Source of the DNA: an uncultured Acidimicrobiaceae bacterium
GTDB taxonomy: Bacteria > Actinomycetota > Acidimicrobiia > Acidimicrobiales > Salinilacustritrichaceae
NCBI GenBank assembly: GCA_964497795.1
Contig: CAZCEZ010000007.1
Span: 3,655-67,654 of the forward strand
Reading direction: 5' to 3'
Length of the DNA: 64,000 bases
Numbering within the stretch: position 1 is the first letter of the stretch; each line of letters opens with the position of its first letter. The notes below the pieces were generated by a model. The model made no database searches. It was given only the letters and a program-made list of their open reading frames with translations, and was not told the origin of the DNA. The position numbers and the translations under genes were made by a program. Positions 42,844-51,217 of this stretch are shown one piece after another.

Positions 42844-43698
42844 GTGACCGTCACCTCGCTGCACGACCGTCGACACCGGACCGCCTGGGTCCTCGGTGGC
42901 GGCGGCAACCTCGGGAGCATCCAGGTCGGCATGCTGCGGGCCCTCATCGACCGCGGCGAGCGGCCCGACCTCGTGCTCGGCTGCTCGGTGGGGTCGCTCA
43001 ACGGGCTGGCCATGGCCGCCGACCCGAGCCCCGACGGGGTCGAGGCGCTGCGCGAGATCTGGCTCGACATCGACGGGGAGGAGATCTTCCCGTCCGGGCG
43101 CATCAGCGGTCCGTGGCAGCTGCTGAAGCGGGCACCGAGCCTGTACGGGAACGAGGGCCTCCAGGCCCTGATCGAGCGGTGCTCGCCCCACGACCGGATC
43201 GAGGACTTCCCGATCCCGTTCCAGTGCGTGGCGACCGACCTGCACACCGGACGGGCCCGGTGGTTCGACAGCGGACCCGTCGTCGACGCCGTGCTCGCCT
43301 CCACCGCGCTGCCCGCCGCCTTCCCACCGGTGGAGATCGGCTCGGACCTGTACATCGACGGGGCCGTGGTCGACAACGTCCCCTTCACCCGGGCCCTCCA
43401 CCTCGGCTTCGACCGCGTCGTCGTGCTGCACGTCGGGAACTTCGAGCGCCCCCGCCCCACCCCGCGCCGACCGCTCGACGTGCTCCTCCAGTCGTTCTCG
43501 ATCTCCCGCAACGCCCGCTTCGAGGCCGACATGTCCCGGGTCCCCGACGACGTCGAGCTCGTCGTCCTCCCCGGGATCGACCCGGGAGCCGTGCGGCGCA
43601 ACGACTTCACCCGGTCCTCCGAGCTGATCGAGCGCGCCCACGCCTCGACGGCGGCGTACCTGGACCTGCGAGCCAAGGTGGCCGGTGGCGCGAGCTGA
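42844..43698 (+). CDS. Patatin-like phospholipase
   Basis: GTG at 42844 with GGGAGAGGGGGA upstream. 'VLGGGGNLGSIQVG', GxSxG 'GCSVGSLNG', 'DGAVVDNVP'. Confidence 0.85.
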   Translation: MTVTSLHDRRHRTAWVLGGGGNLGSIQVGMLRALIDRGERPDLVLGCSVGSLNGLAMAADPSPDGVEALREIWLDIDGEEIFPSGRISGPWQLLKRAPSLYGNEGLQALIERCSPHDRIEDFPIPFQCVATDLHTGRARWFDSGPVVDAVLASTALPAAFPPVEIGSDLYIDGAVVDNVPFTRALHLGFDRVVVLHVGNFERPRPTPRRPLDVLLQSFSISRNARFEADMSRVPDDVELVVLPGIDPGAVRRNDFTRSSELIERAHASTAAYLDLRAKVAGGAS

Positions 43699-43750
43699 CC
43701 CCGGCGGTCCGGGGGCACCGGGCGCCGCAGCCGGACCTAGGCTCGCACCC

Positions 43751-45256
43751 GTGCAGGACCGACCACCCGGCGCATCCACGCCACCGGGCGGACCGGCGCT
43801 CGGCGCAGCGGACCAGATCCGCTTCTTCCAGGAGTCGGCCGTCCCCAGCCTGGTGCTCGACGTCCGAGCCCGCCTGGTGCTCGACGCGAACGCCGCGGCC
43901 GTCGCCCTCCTCGGTCGTCCGGTCGAGGAGCTGCGGACCATGTCGGGCCGGGACCTGCTCCACGAGCCCACCCCCGAGGACGCGCTGCGCGCCCGCCTGC
44001 TGCGGGGCGACCGCACCCGGACCATCCGCGTCGTCGACACGCCCCGCGGCCTGCGCACCGTCGAGATCCACATGGTGCCCACCGATCGGGACGGCATCGT
44101 GTTCGTCCAGGCCGTCGACCTGACCGACGTCCTCGACGCCAACGCGGCCCTCGAGTCCCAGACGCGGCGGCTCCGGGAGGCCACCGACGCCCTCGCCGCC
44201 GTCGGGTCCCGCATCGCCCACGACCTCCGGGACCCGCTCGCGTCGATCACCAACCTCGCCGCCCTCACCCGCTCCCGTGACGACCTCGCACCGGAGATGC
44301 GACGGGAGGTCCTCGAGCGCCTCGAGCGCTCGGCGCGGGCCGCCTCCCAGGTCGTGGCCGACATCGTCCTCGAGGCCGGCACGGCGGCCGACGACGCCGA
44401 TGCCTCCACCGCGACCGCGGACCTGCTCGACCTGGTCGGGTCCCTGTTCTCCGCCCAGATCGCCGACGCGGGAGGCGAGCTGGCCCTGCACGCCGAGGTG
44501 GCGCACCTCCCGGTGCCCATCACCGCCGTGCGCCAGCCGCTCGTGAACCTCGTCGCCAACGCCCTCCGCTACCGGGACCCGGCGCGCGCCCTGCGCGTCG
44601 TCGTCTCGGTGCGCGCCGTCGGGGACCGGGTCGTCGTCGACGTGGACGACAACGGGCGGGGCTTCGGCGAGGACCCCGAGGAGCTGTTCGCTCCCGGCGT
44701 CCGCGGCGCGGGCAGCGAGGGCCTCCCGGGATCGGGCACCGGGCTGCCCTACGCCCGCACCGTGATCGAACGGCTCGGCGGCACCCTCACCGCCGCCTCC
44801 CCGCCCCCCGGCGCGCCGGTCGGGGCGAGGCTCACCATCGAGCTGCCGACCGGGTCGCCGGCCGAGGCGCCCGGCGGCCTGCGCTTCGGCGGGCGGCCGG
44901 CGAGCGGCCTCACCACGGACCAGCTCGACCAGCTGCTCGAGCTCGCCCCCGTGCCGGCGGTCGTGATCGACCTGCTGGCCAGGGCCGTGCTGCGGCTGAA
45001 CCCGGCGGCCGTCGCCCTCTTCGGACGCCGGGAGGACGAGGTGCTGGGCCGGCCCGCGGCCGAGCTGCTCGTCCGCCCGGCCGAGGGCGACGAGCTCCGC
45101 GCCGCGCTGCTCGAGGGCCGTGACGGGCACCCGGTGCACGTCGACACCGAGGTCGACACCCCCGACGGTGCCCGGCCGTGCCGCGTCCACCTCGTGCTCC
45201 TCCCGGGCACCACGCTCGCCCTGGCCCAGGTGGTCGAGCGGATCACCGGCACCTGA
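43751..45256 (+). CDS. Soluble sensor histidine kinase, PAS-HisKA-HATPase-PAS
   Basis: H-box 'SRIAHDLRDPLASI', N-box 'LVANALRY', 'DDNGRGF', 'GTGLPYARTVIE'. No TM. The start may instead be 43685, which overlaps the patatin gene by 14 nt. Confidence 0.8.
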   Translation: MQDRPPGASTPPGGPALGAADQIRFFQESAVPSLVLDVRARLVLDANAAAVALLGRPVEELRTMSGRDLLHEPTPEDALRARLLRGDRTRTIRVVDTPRGLRTVEIHMVPTDRDGIVFVQAVDLTDVLDANAALESQTRRLREATDALAAVGSRIAHDLRDPLASITNLAALTRSRDDLAPEMRREVLERLERSARAASQVVADIVLEAGTAADDADASTATADLLDLVGSLFSAQIADAGGELALHAEVAHLPVPITAVRQPLVNLVANALRYRDPARALRVVVSVRAVGDRVVVDVDDNGRGFGEDPEELFAPGVRGAGSEGLPGSGTGLPYARTVIERLGGTLTAASPPPGAPVGARLTIELPTGSPAEAPGGLRFGGRPASGLTTDQLDQLLELAPVPAVVIDLLARAVLRLNPAAVALFGRREDEVLGRPAAELLVRPAEGDELRAALLEGRDGHPVHVDTEVDTPDGARPCRVHLVLLPGTTLALAQVVERITGT

Positions 45257-45293
45257 GGCCCGCCGGCCCAGGCTCGCCGCCCGCCGCCTGCGG

Positions 45294-47129
45294 TCAGCGG
45301 CCGAGCAGGCCCGGGTTGACGACCTCGGCCTCCTCGGCCAGCTCCAGCCACCGCTCCTCGGCGGCGTCGACCGCGGCCTGGGCGTCGGCGTGCGCCGCAC
45401 CGAGCTCGGCCAGGCGCCGGTGGTCGCCGATCGCGCCCTCCAGCTCCGCGGCGAGGCGGTCCCGGGCCTCGGTGGCCCGCGCCAGCGCCCGATCGGCCTC
45501 GTTCAGCGCTCGCCGGATGGCCGACGGCGACGTGGTCGACGTGCCCGTCGACGACGGCCCCGACGCGTCCGGGGCGGGCGTCGCCGGCCGCGGCGCCGGA
45601 CCGGTCTGGCCGGCCCCTGCCTTGCCCCGGGCCCGGCCGCCCGTGGCCTCGGCCAGGTGGGCGGCCAGTCCGCCGGGCACCCGGCGGGCCCCACCCCGCC
45701 CGTCGACGACGAGCACGTCGACCACGGTCCGCTCCAGCAGGGCGCGGTCGTGCGACACGACCACGAGGGCGCCGGGCCACTGGTCGAGGAAGTCCTCCAG
45801 GATCCGCAGCGTGTCGAGGTCCAGGTCGTTGGTGGGCTCGTCGAGGAGGAGCACGTTGGGCTGGGCGAGGAGGGTCAGCAGCAGCTGGAGGCGCCGCCGC
45901 TCGCCGCCCGAGAGCGTGCCGACGGGGGCCCACTGGGCGTCGCCGTCGAACCAGAAGCGCTCCATCAGCGCCGTGTCCTGCCACGACACGTCCTTCTTCC
46001 CACCCGTCACCAGGTCCCGGACCCGGGCGTCGGGGTCGAGCTCGGCCGCGTCCTGGGAGAACACGCCGATCCGCACGGTGGGGCCGACGTCGATGGTGCC
46101 CCGCTCGGGGGCGCGCTCGCCGGCCAGGATCCGCAGCAGGGTGGTCTTGCCCGCGCCGTTCGGGCCGACGATGCCGAGCCGCTCGCGCGGGTCGAGGAGC
46201 AGCTCGACCCCGTCGAACAGGGTCCGTGCCGTGCCGTCGGGATCGACGACGTCGGCGCCGACCCCGTGGACCTCGACCACCTTGTCCCCGAGGCGGGGGG
46301 TGCCGAGGTGCAGGTCGAGGACCTCGTCGCGCACCGACGCGTCCTTCGGGGCCCCCGAGACCAGCGCCTCGGCCGCCTCGATGCGGGCGCGGGGCTTGGA
46401 GGTCCGGGCCGGCGCGCCGCGGCGCAGCCAGGCCAGCTCGGCGCGGGCCAGGTTCCGGCGCTTGGCCTCGGCCTGCTCGGCCCGGGCGGCGCGCTCGGCC
46501 CGCGCCTCCAGGTAGGAGGCGTAGCCGCCGTCGTGGACGAAGTGCCCGCCCCGGTCGAGCTCGAGCATCCGGTTGCAGACCCGATCGAGCACGTGGCGGT
46601 CGTGGCTGACGAGGACCAGGCCGCCCCGGAAGCCGGCGAGCCACTCCTCGAGCCAGGCGATGGCCGCCACGTCGAGGTGGTTCGTCGGCTCGTCCAGGAT
46701 CAGCAGGTCGTCGGCGTCGGGCGGTCCGCCGGCCGGCGGACCGCAGGCCAGCATGGCCCTGGCCAGCGACACCCGCTTGACCTGGCCGCCCGAGAGGGCG
46801 TCGGTCGGCCGGTCGTCGAGGCCGGCCAGGCCCAGGCGGTCCCGCACGGCGGCGGCCTCCCAGCCGTCGCCGGTCACCGACGCCACCGTCCCGGGCGGCA
46901 GCGGCGCGTCCTGGTCGAGCAGGGACACGCGGGCGCCGCGGCCCCGGCGGATGGTGCCGCCCTCGGGCGTGCGGGTGCCGGCCAGGGCGCCGAGCAGGGT
47001 CGACTTGCCGGTGCCGTTGACGCCGACCACGGCGATCCGGTCGCCCGAGGCGACGGTCAGGGACAGGTCCTCGAAGAGCACCCTGTCGGGGCGGGCGGCG
47101 CGCAGGTCGGTGGCGTCGACGAGGATCAC
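45294..47129 (-). CDS. ABC-F family ATPase (Uup/EttA-like, 611 aa)
   Basis: GTG at 47129. 'GVNGTGKST', 'LSGGQVKR', 'GPNGAGKTT', 'LSGGERRR'. C-terminal coiled-coil tail. Confidence 0.9.
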   Translation of the reverse strand: MILVDATDLRAARPDRVLFEDLSLTVASGDRIAVVGVNGTGKSTLLGALAGTRTPEGGTIRRGRGARVSLLDQDAPLPPGTVASVTGDGWEAAAVRDRLGLAGLDDRPTDALSGGQVKRVSLARAMLACGPPAGGPPDADDLLILDEPTNHLDVAAIAWLEEWLAGFRGGLVLVSHDRHVLDRVCNRMLELDRGGHFVHDGGYASYLEARAERAARAEQAEAKRRNLARAELAWLRRGAPARTSKPRARIEAAEALVSGAPKDASVRDEVLDLHLGTPRLGDKVVEVHGVGADVVDPDGTARTLFDGVELLLDPRERLGIVGPNGAGKTTLLRILAGERAPERGTIDVGPTVRIGVFSQDAAELDPDARVRDLVTGGKKDVSWQDTALMERFWFDGDAQWAPVGTLSGGERRRLQLLLTLLAQPNVLLLDEPTNDLDLDTLRILEDFLDQWPGALVVVSHDRALLERTVVDVLVVDGRGGARRVPGGLAAHLAEATGGRARGKAGAGQTGPAPRPATPAPDASGPSSTGTSTTSPSAIRRALNEADRALARATEARDRLAAELEGAIGDHRRLAELGAAHADAQAAVDAAEERWLELAEEAEVVNPGLLGR

Positions 47130-47222
47130 GGCCCGATGCTGCCACCCGGCCCGCCCCGCGCCCGCCCCGGCCGCCGGCGGTGGTTGGGCACCGGTGGGGA
47201 GGCGGGCGAGACTGGAGGGGCC

Positions 47223-48398
47223 ATGGACGACCAGACCACGACCCCGCCGGGGCCGGACGCCCCGTCCGGCCCGCCGTTCCCGCCCCTGCGGATCGGGCCG
47301 CACCGTGCCGACCCGCCGGTGGTGCTCGCCCCCATGGCCGGGGTGACCAACGCCCCGTTCCGGTCCCTGTGCCGCCGCTTCGGGGCCGCCCTCTACGTCT
47401 CGGAGATGGTCGGGGCCCGCGCCGTGGTCGAGGGCAACGAGCGCACCTTCGGCATCGCCCGCTTCGCCGACGACGAGCCCATCCGATCGCTCCAGCTGTA
47501 CGGCACCGACCCCGCCGTGATGGGCGAGGCGGTGCGCCGGGTCGTCGGCGAGGTCGGCGTCGACCACGTCGACCTGAACTTCGGCTGCCCCGCCCGCAAG
47601 ATCACCCGCCACGGGGGCGGCTCGGCGCTGCCGCTGCGGCCCCGGCTCTTCGCCGCCGTCGTCGAGGCCGCCGTCGCGGGGGCCGGGGACGTGCCGGTCA
47701 CGGTGAAGATGCGCCTGGGCCTCGACGACGAGCACCGGACCTGGCTCGTGGCCGGGCGCCTGGCCGAGGAGGCCGGTGCGGCCGCCGTGGCCGTCCACGC
47801 CCGCACGGCGGAGCAGCTCTACTCGGGCACCGCCGACTGGTCGACCATCGCCGAGCTGAAGGCGACGGTCACGACCGTGCCCGTGCTCGGCAACGGCGAC
47901 ATCTGGGAGGCCGCCGACGCGGTCGAGATGATGCGGACCACGGGATGCGACGGCGTCGTGATCGGTCGGGGCTGCCTCGGTCGGCCGTGGCTGTTCCGGG
48001 ACCTCGTCGCCGCGTTCGAGGGTCGGGACGTGCCGGCGCCGCCGACGCTGGGCGAGATCGCCGACATGCTCCGCACCCACGGCGAGCTGCTCGCCGAGTG
48101 GTTCGGGGAGCTGTCGGGCATGAAGGAGCTGCGCAAGCACACCGGCTGGTACCTCCAGGGCTTCCCCGTGGGCCGCGACCTGCGCAACGACCTCCGCCGG
48201 CTCGAGACGCTGGACCAGCTCGACGCCTGCCTGGACCAGCTCGACCGGCACCTGCCCTTCCCCCGGGAGGCCCGCCGGATGCAGCGGGGACACACGACCG
48301 GCCCCCGCCCCGTGGCCCTGCCCGAGGGCTGGCTGGACGACCCCGACGCGCTCGAGCCGCCCGACCGCCTCGCCGACCTGGTCGTCTCCGGTGGCTGA
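47223..48398 (+). CDS. dus: tRNA-dihydrouridine synthase
   Basis: 'VVLAPMAGVTNAPFRSLCRRFGA', 'VDLNFGCPARKI', 'VTVKMRLG', 'VAVHARTAEQLYSGTADW', 'DGVVIGRGCLGRPWLF'. Confidence 0.9.
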   Translation: MDDQTTTPPGPDAPSGPPFPPLRIGPHRADPPVVLAPMAGVTNAPFRSLCRRFGAALYVSEMVGARAVVEGNERTFGIARFADDEPIRSLQLYGTDPAVMGEAVRRVVGEVGVDHVDLNFGCPARKITRHGGGSALPLRPRLFAAVVEAAVAGAGDVPVTVKMRLGLDDEHRTWLVAGRLAEEAGAAAVAVHARTAEQLYSGTADWSTIAELKATVTTVPVLGNGDIWEAADAVEMMRTTGCDGVVIGRGCLGRPWLFRDLVAAFEGRDVPAPPTLGEIADMLRTHGELLAEWFGELSGMKELRKHTGWYLQGFPVGRDLRNDLRRLETLDQLDACLDQLDRHLPFPREARRMQRGHTTGPRPVALPEGWLDDPDALEPPDRLADLVVSGG

Positions 48399-49011
48399 GG
48401 CCGGCACGGCCGTGCCGGTCGTCCTCGCCTCCGCGTCGCCCCGGCGGCGCGAGCTGCTCGGGCGCCTCGGGATCGCGCCCGACGTGCGGCCGGCCGACGT
48501 CGACGAGACCCCGGCGCCCGGTGAGGCGGCCACGGACCTCGTGCTGCGCCTCGCCGCGGCGAAGGCGGAGGCGGTCGCCCGCGACCTCGCCGATGCAGCC
48601 CGCACGCTGGTCGTCGCCGCCGACACCGAGGTCGAGCTCGACGGCGACGTGCTCGGCAAGCCAGCCGACGACGAGGCCGCCGCCGAGATGCTCCGCCGGC
48701 TGTCCGGCCGGAGCCACCGGGTCGTCACCGGGCTCGCGGTCCGCCTCGGCGATCGGGTCGCGACCCGGGCCGTGGGCACCGAGGTCCGGCTCCGCACGGT
48801 CAGCCCGGCCGAGATCGACGCCTACGTCGCCACCGGCGAGCCCCGGGACAAGGCCGGCGCCTACGCCGTCCAGGGCGGGGCGGGCGCCTTCGTGGTCGGC
48901 ATCGACGGCAGCGACTCCAACGTGATCGGCCTGCCCCTGGCCGACCTCGTCGCCTGCGCCGCCGAGGTCGGGGTGACGATCCTGCCCGACGGCTCCGTCA
49001 CCGTCGCCTGA
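48391..49011 (+). CDS. maf: Maf-like nucleoside triphosphate pyrophosphatase
   Basis: 'VVLASASPRRRELL', 'DKAGAYAVQG', 'NVIGLPL'. Overlaps the dus stop by 8 nt. Confidence 0.85.
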   Translation: MAEAGTAVPVVLASASPRRRELLGRLGIAPDVRPADVDETPAPGEAATDLVLRLAAAKAEAVARDLADAARTLVVAADTEVELDGDVLGKPADDEAAAEMLRRLSGRSHRVVTGLAVRLGDRVATRAVGTEVRLRTVSPAEIDAYVATGEPRDKAGAYAVQGGAGAFVVGIDGSDSNVIGLPLADLVACAAEVGVTILPDGSVTVA

Positions 49012-49024
49012 GCCGGGTCCGGGC

Positions 49025-49549
49025 TCAGCCGGCCACGACGATGGCGTCGACGTGGTGCTCGATCCCGTCGGCGGTGCGGATCCCCTCGGCGACGACGGCG
49101 GCGACGGGCCAGCCGATCAGCTCGACGTCGTCGCGGCGCAGCGCGCGGTGGTAGCCGTCGACCCGGACGACGCTGCCCCGACGGGGCGGCACCTGCGGGG
49201 TGAGGTGCCGGCGGGTCCAGCCGTCGCGCACGCCACGGGCGAGCCCGCGCTCGGCCACGGCGCGCACGACGTGGTCGCGCACCGGCGCGGGGACCAGCGC
49301 GCCGGCCGCGTCGAGGACCGGGCCGAGCGGGCCCCTCGTGGGCAGCACCCACACGCCGTCGGCCTGCAGCACCTTGCAGCGGGCGACCCGACCGGCCAGC
49401 CGGGGCAGCGTCCGGGTCACGGCGGCGGGCTCCCCCACCAGGGCGACCCGCAGCCCGCCGAGGACCTCGAGGTCGGCCCCGGACGGGTCCCGCACGACGG
49501 GGCCGACGAAGGGCGCGAGGTCGGGCAGGGGCGACCGGTGCGCCGTCAC
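49025..49549 (-). pseudogene. Stand-alone 174-aa fragment resembling the NADPH-domain segment of a class B flavoprotein monooxygenase (FMO/BVMO)
   Basis: GTG at 49549, 14 nt after the diiron gene stop. High GC3. '...VDGYHRALRRDDVELIGWPVAAVVAEGIRTADGIEHHVDAIVVAG*' matches the '...NVELV..I..I...GV.T.DG.E...D.I..ATG' region. The N-terminal FAD GxGxxG domain and the C-terminal part are absent, and the NADPH GxGxxG is degenerate ('LVGEPAAV'). Confidence 0.4.
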
Positions 49550-49563
49550 CGGGCGTCGCCGGC

Positions 49564-50487
49564 TCACGCCACCGGCTCGTGGGTCAGCTGGTCGATCCAG
49601 GACGGCGGGCGGCCGAGCGCGGCGGCCGGGATGCGCTCGGTCAGGGAGACGAGGACCCGGGCCAGGGCGTTGATCCAGTGCCCCTCCTCGAGCAGGTGGG
49701 GCGCGGCGGCCGAGAGGCGTCGGTAGGTCGGGTTCCCGGTGGCACCGGGCTCGCGGGCCGCGAGCTGGGAGAAGCGGGCCAGGGCCGCGTCGAGGCGGGC
49801 CGGGTCGAGGCCCATGGCCAGGAGGTTGTCCCGCATGCGGGCCAGGAGCGGCAGCCCGACGGGCACGCCGGCGACCACGCCCGGGGTCGTCAGGCCCCGG
49901 ACCAGGGCGAGGCGGTCGGGGTGGTCGGCCGCCGCGTCGCCCAGCATCCCGAGGACGTGGAAGTCGACGGCCAGGTGGCGCGACTCGTCGTTGTTGATGC
50001 GGGCGAACACCTCGTGGCAGAGGGGGTCGTGGACCTCGTCGAGGAGGAACCGGAGCAGCGCGCCGTCGAGCGCGACCTCGAGCATCGGGATCACGGTGCC
50101 GAGCACGCCGAGCGGCAGGTCGTCGCCGAACCGGTCGAGCCAGCCGATCACGAGCCGGATGTTGGTGTTCGGCTCGGGCACGCCGCCGTCGGGGAGCATC
50201 CCCCACCGGCGCATGAGGGCGAGCTCGGCGTTCGCGTGGCGCTGCTCCTCGGCGTGGAACCAGCGGTAGATCTCGGCCAGGGTCGGGTCGTCGGTGGCCC
50301 GGGACAGGGCGGCGAAGCCGCGGGCGCCGACCTGCTCGATCCACACGAGGTCCGCCATGAACGCGGCGAGCTGCGGGCGCTGCTCGTCCGTGATGCGGTC
50401 CGCGCCCGGCGCGTCCCAGTCGAAGTCGGCGAGCGCCCACTGCCGGGACCGGATCCGCTCCAGCATCGAGTCGAGGTCGAGGGTCAC
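49564..50487 (-). CDS. Ferritin-like diiron oxygenase (AurF-like family candidate)
   Basis: GTG at 50487 (GTGA overlap with the tetR stop). Two ExxH motifs, 'WFHAEEQRHANAE' and 'NNDESRHLAVD', plus upstream carboxylates. Confidence 0.7.
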   Translation of the reverse strand: MTLDLDSMLERIRSRQWALADFDWDAPGADRITDEQRPQLAAFMADLVWIEQVGARGFAALSRATDDPTLAEIYRWFHAEEQRHANAELALMRRWGMLPDGGVPEPNTNIRLVIGWLDRFGDDLPLGVLGTVIPMLEVALDGALLRFLLDEVHDPLCHEVFARINNDESRHLAVDFHVLGMLGDAAADHPDRLALVRGLTTPGVVAGVPVGLPLLARMRDNLLAMGLDPARLDAALARFSQLAAREPGATGNPTYRRLSAAAPHLLEEGHWINALARVLVSLTERIPAAALGRPPSWIDQLTHEPVA

Positions 50488-51140
50488 GTGGCCTCCGTGT
50501 GGTCGCTGGTGGCGGGCGGGTGGTCCCCGACGGGGTCGAGGAGCGGGTGCAGCACGCCGGCCAGGAACGTGCGCAGGTCCCCCGGCGGCGGGGCCACGAG
50601 GAGCGTGAGGCCGATCCGCACGCACCAGTCCACGACGACGGACGGGTCCCGGGGAGCGAGCAGGCCCAGGGCGACGCCGACCTCCACCGTGGGCGCGAAG
50701 ACGTCTCGCAGCCGGTCGAGGACCTCGGGGACGGCGTCCACGAGCAGGCCGCCGAGCAGGTCGGGCTCGTCCTCGCGCACCTTGGTCAGGAGGTCGTGGG
50801 ACCAGCAGTGCTCCACGGCCCGGGCCACGACCTCGACCACGATGTCGGCGCCGGTGGCGTCTCGGGGGATCCAGGAGGGCACGGACCGGACCAGCGCGGC
50901 GAGCTCGTCCTCCACCAGGAGGCGGTGCACGTCGCCCATCGAGCCGACGTGGCGGTACACGGTCGTGCGCTCCACGCCTGCCTCGCGGGCGATGTCGCGC
51001 ATCGTGGTGCGGGACCAGCCGAACCGGGCCATGGCCCGGCGAGCCGCCTCGAGGAACGGGCGGACGGCCTCGTCGGGCGCGGGCGGCGACGTGCGGGCGG
51101 CGAGGTGCTCGGCGAGGTCGGCCACACCCCGAGGATCCAC
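50484..51140 (-). CDS. TetR-family transcriptional regulator
   Basis: HTH 'FGWSRTTMRDIAREAGVERTTVYRHVGS'. Confidence 0.85.
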   Translation of the reverse strand: MDPRGVADLAEHLAARTSPPAPDEAVRPFLEAARRAMARFGWSRTTMRDIAREAGVERTTVYRHVGSMGDVHRLLVEDELAALVRSVPSWIPRDATGADIVVEVVARAVEHCWSHDLLTKVREDEPDLLGGLLVDAVPEVLDRLRDVFAPTVEVGVALGLLAPRDPSVVVDWCVRIGLTLLVAPPPGDLRTFLAGVLHPLLDPVGDHPPATSDHTEAT

Positions 51141-51142
51141 GT

Positions 51143-51168
51143 TGCAACGTGTGACGTCAAGTGTTGCA
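51143..51168. promoter_or_regulatory. 26-bp imperfect palindrome (candidate TetR operator, or mmpL terminator hairpin)
   Basis: TGCAAC-GTG-TGAC|GTCA-AGT-GTTGCA. 10 of 13 positions are complementary; as RNA, two more are G-U. It lies 3 nt upstream of the annotated tetR start and 50 nt after the mmpL stop. Confidence 0.35.
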
Positions 51169-51217
51169 GCGTGGACCCGCGCCGGCGCGCCCCGTCACGG
51201 GTCCGTCGGCGGCCGGC

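Noticed and set aside
42844-43698. Patatin-like lipase as a CBASS-type defence effector paired with the window's cyclases
   Set aside because: The cyclases are class III (Guanylate_cyc type), not CD-NTases. They lie more than 5 kb and more than 13 kb away in other operons. The patatin gene looks like an ordinary RssA-type housekeeping lipase.
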